Below, piece after piece: positions 16,626 through 20,000 of a DNA stretch of 20,000 bases; the stretch's first letter is position 1; the number at the start of each line of letters is the position of its first letter. The notes beneath the pieces were generated by a model. It was not told the DNA's origin, made no database searches, and worked only from the letters and a program-made list of their open reading frames with translations. Where the stretch lies: IMG/VR virus record IMGVR_UViG_2061766007_000583; one strand, written 5' to 3'. Source of the stretch: an uncultured virus (IMG/VR IMGVR_UViG_2061766007_000583) (lineage: Duplodnaviria > Heunggongvirae > Uroviricota > Caudoviricetes). Position numbers and translations under genes: made by a program.

Positions 16626-17243
16626 TTATGAATAAAAACTTCTCGCTTGATTGAAAAGTTTATTCTGCATATTTTCTTTAGTGGGTTTTTCGTTTTCTAT
16701 TCTAGGTAAACCATAAACCTTGTTAACAAAATTCGGAATTGTAGAATATCTTTTGATAATCTGTTTGTGTACTTCGGCTTCTGTTCTTTTATCGTTTGGA
16801 ATAACCCAATCATTCCAATTTCTATAATAGTCAACGCCTTTATCATTAAGTATTTTAATTTCAAAATTACAACTTCCGTCGTGGTGACTGCAATGTACGA
16901 ACAAGTGTCCGTTTTCGTCATAGATTTTATAATTCCAACAATCTTCAATCATACTGAAAAATGCGTCTTTAAAATCTCCAAAGATTTTTCCACCACTATA
17001 AACGCCGTCCCACCTTCCGATACTACCAAAACAAATTATCTCTTTGTCTTCAAAGAATCTTGATAATTCTTCAAGTGTGATATCAAAATCCATTGCACAA
17101 ATATCATAAGCACAATTCTCGATTTCGTCGTCGTCAAATTCTTCTCCACTCTCTTTTAAACATTCTTCTGCATCTTTGAAATATACGTCCATATCGTAAT
17201 TATCAAAGATAATTCTTTCTTTAGCAATAGTGTTCTTTCTCAT
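16626..17243 (-). CDS. Hypothetical phage protein (G-x-IGRWDG...HHDG motif family)
   Basis: 205 aa, GGGAGG RBS, own promoter. Confidence 0.85.
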   Translation of the reverse strand: MRKNTIAKERIIFDNYDMDVYFKDAEECLKESGEEFDDDEIENCAYDICAMDFDITLEELSRFFEDKEIICFGSIGRWDGVYSGGKIFGDFKDAFFSMIEDCWNYKIYDENGHLFVHCSHHDGSCNFEIKILNDKGVDYYRNWNDWVIPNDKRTEAEVHKQIIKRYSTIPNFVNKVYGLPRIENEKPTKENMQNKLFNQARSFYS

Positions 17244-17310
17244 ATAAAAGCCCTCCCTTTTGTTTATATAACTATATTACCATACAATGTTTATTTTGTC
17301 AAGTACTTTT

Positions 17311-17532
17311 TTAACAATTACACCAAAAATCTTCTTCAACAAAACTTATGTGTCCGTATGCCTTTTCAAGAATTGAATAAGGAATATCGTCTGCATAAGA
17401 TAAATTATTAATAAATTCAACGTCTTCAGCCGATAAATCAAAATCAATATTATCAGAATAAAATAATTCTTCCTTTAATTGTATTAATTCGTCTTCAGTG
17501 CATTCATTTAAACCAAAATAAGTATCTCTCAT
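17311..17532 (-). CDS. Small acidic protein (probable start MRDTYF)
   Basis: AAGGGAG RBS before ATG 17532; C-terminal FVEEDFWC. Confidence 0.8.
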   Translation of the reverse strand: MRDTYFGLNECTEDELIQLKEELFYSDNIDFDLSAEDVEFINNLSYADDIPYSILEKAYGHISFVEEDFWCNC

Positions 17533-17696
17533 AATTGTTCTCCCTTCTTGAGTATATACATAGTATATCATATTATGTTTTTCTTGTAAATAGTTTTCAG
17601 TAAAATTTTATAAAAAATTTATAATTGTATGATATTTAAATATCAAAATTAATTTCAAAATCTGATATTCAAATATCATATATTATCCATAAAATA

Positions 17697-18254
17697 AAAA
17701 AGGACTTGTCACCTACCACAAGTCGCTTTTACTTTACATTGTTAACAGTTACAGTTAAAGGGAAAGTATCGCCACAATACTTTCCCTTTAACTTTTTCTA
17801 TACCCTATTGTACTTCTAGGCTATAGGTGGCTATGGTTTTATGCTTTTCTTTTACAACCTTGCACGGACACCTATCCACTTGGTTGACACGCTTTTTATT
17901 CCGTCTAAAAACTCTGTATATCAAAACTGACTCTCTTAACGCAATGTTACGGCACTTTTTATACTAGGTATGAAAATATGCGAACAAAATTTCTACCTCT
18001 CTTAACGCAATTTTACGATTCGTTTCTCTCGGTCTGTAAACGCAATCAAATCTCTACCTATCTTCACGCAATCTTACGCTCATAGGTTTTCACTAGGATA
18101 TAAAACCTTTAGTAATTAAAATTTCTACCTATCTTTAAGAGTATTATCTATGAGTATTACCATTTTAACACTCTAGGCAATATTTACCAACTTTTGGCAG
18201 TCAACCTATCTTAACGCAATTTTACGAGAAAAACTATAACGTCTTTTTTATTAT
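17697..18254 (-). ncRNA. Candidate ~550-nt non-coding RNA with five internal direct repeats separated by hairpin spacers
   Basis: Perfect TTGACA-17-TATAAT promoter (18261-18289), terminator 17703-17724, no ORF of 60 aa or more and no obvious RBS-ATG; repeats at 17931, 17997, 18058, 18129 (degenerate), 18206. Confidence 0.7.
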
Positions 18255-18297
18255 GTATTTATTATAACATAATCATTTTTATTTGTCAAGTACTTTT

Positions 18298-18657
18298 TTA
18301 ATAATTTCTTAAATTTATTAAAACTTTTTCGTACTCAACTAAAAACTTATCGTTATCGAAAATATCTTCAAGGGCAAGTCTTCTCTTATCAGTTAATTTT
18401 GTATAGCCGTTTTCTTCCTTGAATTTGTTTTCAAGATATTTTCTACGATTATCAATCAATTCACGTACTGCACCACACATAACAGTCTGAAATCTGTAAC
18501 ATTCCCACGTTCTGTTAGAATAGTTACAAGTATGTTTTACCTTTTCAACATTATTAATAAATAATGTTGTATCGTGTGCGAATCCGTGTCTAGTGTTTCT
18601 GTACTCGTTTACAAATTCATATTCTTTGTCGCCTACAGTAAATTTTTTAATTTCCAT
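18298..18657 (-). CDS. Hypothetical phage protein (R-x-GF-x-H...NRTWE-x-Y-x-FQ motif family)
   Basis: 119 aa, AAGGAGG RBS. Confidence 0.85.
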   Translation of the reverse strand: MEIKKFTVGDKEYEFVNEYRNTRHGFAHDTTLFINNVEKVKHTCNYSNRTWECYRFQTVMCGAVRELIDNRRKYLENKFKEENGYTKLTDKRRLALEDIFDNDKFLVEYEKVLINLRNY

Positions 18658-18691
18658 TTTTGTTCCCTCCTTTGTTTACTGTAATTATATA

Positions 18692-18919
18692 TTACCACAA
18701 ATCAAATTCAATGTCAAGATATTTTATTAAATTTGTTAAAATTTCTTTTAAGTCTTCATTATGATAAGGCATTGCAGTTTTTATTGCATTATTTGGATTA
18801 TCTTCTACATAATATATATAGATATATCCGTTATTAATATCAATTTTATCTACAAACTTATATATATCTTTTAATATATTATTTAAATGATTTAATTCTT
18901 TAATAGTAATAATGGTCAT
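18692..18919 (-). CDS. Hypothetical phage protein
   Basis: 75 aa, AAAGGAAG RBS; the next promoter is embedded in its 3' end. Confidence 0.75.
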   Translation of the reverse strand: MTIITIKELNHLNNILKDIYKFVDKIDINNGYIYIYYVEDNPNNAIKTAMPYHNEDLKEILTNLIKYLDIEFDLW

Positions 18920-19109
18920 ATCTTTGTACTTCCTTTCTTTAATCTAAAACTAGAATATCATATAATTTTTATTTTGTCAATAAGGAATTTTATATTATCT
19001 GATATTCAAATATCAATATAGTTTTGAATATTGTAATATTGAATTTCTGATATTTAAATATCAGAAATTCAAAACATAAAAAGGAATAGGATTTCCTATT
19101 CCCTTTTCA

Positions 19110-19325
19110 TTATCTCCCAGCCTTTGCCTTTAAGTCCAAGAAAGTCTCTTTGTATTTTCGGCACTCTTCGGCAATATCTTTTATTGTGCTGAAATTGTCC
19201 CACTTGCAACCGTCGGCAGTATAGACAGTATATTCGTTTACTACTCTGCCTTTACGAACTGAATAATAGCAAGTACGAGCAATATGTATTCCGTATGTAT
19301 TTTCCAAATAAGGTTTACTAATCAT
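19110..19325 (-). CDS. Hypothetical phage protein
   Basis: 71 aa, ATGA overlap with the upstream gene, AAAGGAG RBS. Confidence 0.8.
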   Translation of the reverse strand: MISKPYLENTYGIHIARTCYYSVRKGRVVNEYTVYTADGCKWDNFSTIKDIAEECRKYKETFLDLKAKAGR

Positions 19326-19519
19326 TCTTTTACTCCTTTATTCAATTCACTCTTAATAAGATTAAGACTATATTGCATAGAATCAATTAAAGACATTCCG
19401 TATAAACAAGCGTCTTCAAAAGTATCTTCTTCAGCCATTTCAATTTCGTCTCTGATATACTCGCAATCAAGTCTTACACTTTCAAGTTTGTCCATTACCT
19501 TTTCTAAATCAACATTCAT
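19322..19519 (-). CDS. Small acidic helical protein
   Basis: 65 aa, AAGGAAGG RBS. Confidence 0.8.
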   Translation of the reverse strand: MNVDLEKVMDKLESVRLDCEYIRDEIEMAEEDTFEDACLYGMSLIDSMQYSLNLIKSELNKGVKE

Positions 19520-19585
19520 AATTAAAACCTTCCTTTCGTGTTTTCGATAATACTAATATATCATATATCAATTAATTTGTCAATA

Positions 19586-19771
19586 CTATTGTGTAAAATA
19601 TTTTTCATTAATTGATTTTGCCATAGTCTCACCATATTTATTTATATAATCAATAATGAGATTCTGTTCTTCTTCTGTATAATCATTATCGTCACATATT
19701 CTATAATATGCTACAGAAATCGCCGTTAATAAAGTATCTTTTGCAATTGCTTTTGCTTCTGTTTTCTTCAT
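19586..19771 (-). CDS. Hypothetical phage protein
   Basis: 61 aa, AAGGAG RBS, promoter at 19825. Confidence 0.8.
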   Translation of the reverse strand: MKKTEAKAIAKDTLLTAISVAYYRICDDNDYTEEEQNLIIDYINKYGETMAKSINEKYFTQ

Positions 19772-20000
19772 AATTCGTCTCCTTCCTTCGAACCTAAACC
19801 AATCTTATCACATTCAGATTCGTTTGTCAATAGGTTTTTTAAATCGTCTGATATTTAAATATCAGATTTAAATCAAAATCAGAATCAATTTCGATATTGA
19901 AATATTAAATTGATTTTCTAAAAACTGACCGATTATGTTTACGAAATCGCATATGCGTTTATCGTCGAGCGTTGCCGAGTTATTAATATATTATATATAA

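Larger units (their letters stand above)
4409..19107 (-). terminator. Series of intrinsic terminators closing almost every unit, often overlapping the stop codon
   Basis: Hairpin plus A/T tract at about 4409-4433, 5118-5143, 5481-5503, 6400-6437, 7058-7093, 8034-8060, 8977-9002, 9893-9917, 10296-10316, 11007-11025, 11525-11542, 12033-12056, 12536-12557, 12920-12955, 13238-13261, 14410-14436, 15090-15122, 15753-15788, 16576-16604, 17703-17724, 19078-19107. Confidence 0.85.
4711..19830 (-). promoter_or_regulatory. About 30 near-consensus sigmaA promoters, roughly one per gene
   Basis: -35 hexamer (TGTCAA on +, a few variants) at 4734, 5322, 5964, 6771, 7532, 7981, 8874, 9435, 9815, 10195, 10485, 10792, 11457, 11967, 12389, 12852, 13173, 13841, 14321, 14808, 15583, 15676, 16474, 17297, 17585, 18284, 18712, 18975, 19578, 19825; where checked, a TATAAT-like -10 lies 16-18 bp away, usually with an A/T-tract UP region. 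Confidence 0.9.
4120..19865. repeat. Dispersed 18-bp palindrome (C/A)TGATATT(T/C)AAATATCA(G/T), 33 copies separating gene units
   Basis: Starts read at 4120, 4377, 4789, 5086, 5384, 6031, 6180, 6364, 6851, 7025, 7587, 8005, 8945, 9502, 9858, 10261, 10509, 10975, 11490, 12000, 12505, 12896, 13206, 13891, 14876, 15059, 15721, 16542, 17629, 17662, 18999, 19047, 19848; all intergenic. Confidence 0.95.

Noticed and set aside
17931..18226. Canonical Cas12a CRISPR mini-array (AATTTCTAC occurs twice)
   Set aside because: The complementary GTAGAT needed for the Cas12a stem is missing, repeats are degenerate, periods vary 61-77 nt, and spacers are structured; retained only as an ncRNA candidate.
1474..19550. 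Shadow ORFs 1474-1668, 3366-3566, 3397-3612, 6470-6787, 10572-10772, 14807-15058, 15107-15448, 15128-15355, 15906-16112, 15950-16267, 16697-16948, 16767-17063, 19284-19550
   Set aside because: Antisense or off-frame to better-supported units, or spanning promoters and palindromes, with no RBS or promoter support.
4120..19865. 18-bp palindrome series as a CRISPR array
   Set aside because: Spacing is 30-1300 bp and the intervals contain whole genes; no cas genes are present.
4120..19865. Palindrome as canonical integron attC or as a CodY box
   Set aside because: No RYYYAAC/GTTRRRY ends or extrahelical-base hairpin, and the cassettes carry their own promoters. The CodY alignments (AATTTTCWGAAAATT) I tried need about 4 mismatches.

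Overview
AT-rich, gapped (N runs) assembly that reads as the early or host-takeover accessory region of a large phage infecting a low-GC Gram-positive (Firmicutes, probably Clostridia-like) host. The phage and host calls are inferences: no structural or replication gene is in the window. Bases 1-2640 hold two divergent operons of small hypothetical genes, including an apparently orphan HicA-like RNase. Bases 2640-4400 are mostly non-coding and crowded with boxes resembling host regulator sites (LexA/Cheo, GTTAG-N6-CTAAC, HisR/YerC-like, XerD-arm). From about 4400 to the end, roughly 28 co-oriented minus-strand units follow one grammar: [18-bp palindrome CTGATATTTAAATATCAG] - [A/T UP tract] - near-consensus sigmaA promoter - strong RBS - one small gene or a structured RNA - intrinsic terminator - next palindrome. 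I counted 33 palindrome copies. Candidate cargo includes a SAM-lyase-like protein, very acidic possible DNA mimics, a BrfA/ArfA-like peptide missed by the ORF track, and two promoter-and-terminator-bounded non-coding RNAs, one a ~550-nt repeat/hairpin-spacer array. All coordinates and counts were read by eye, and family calls rest on recalled motifs, not database searches.
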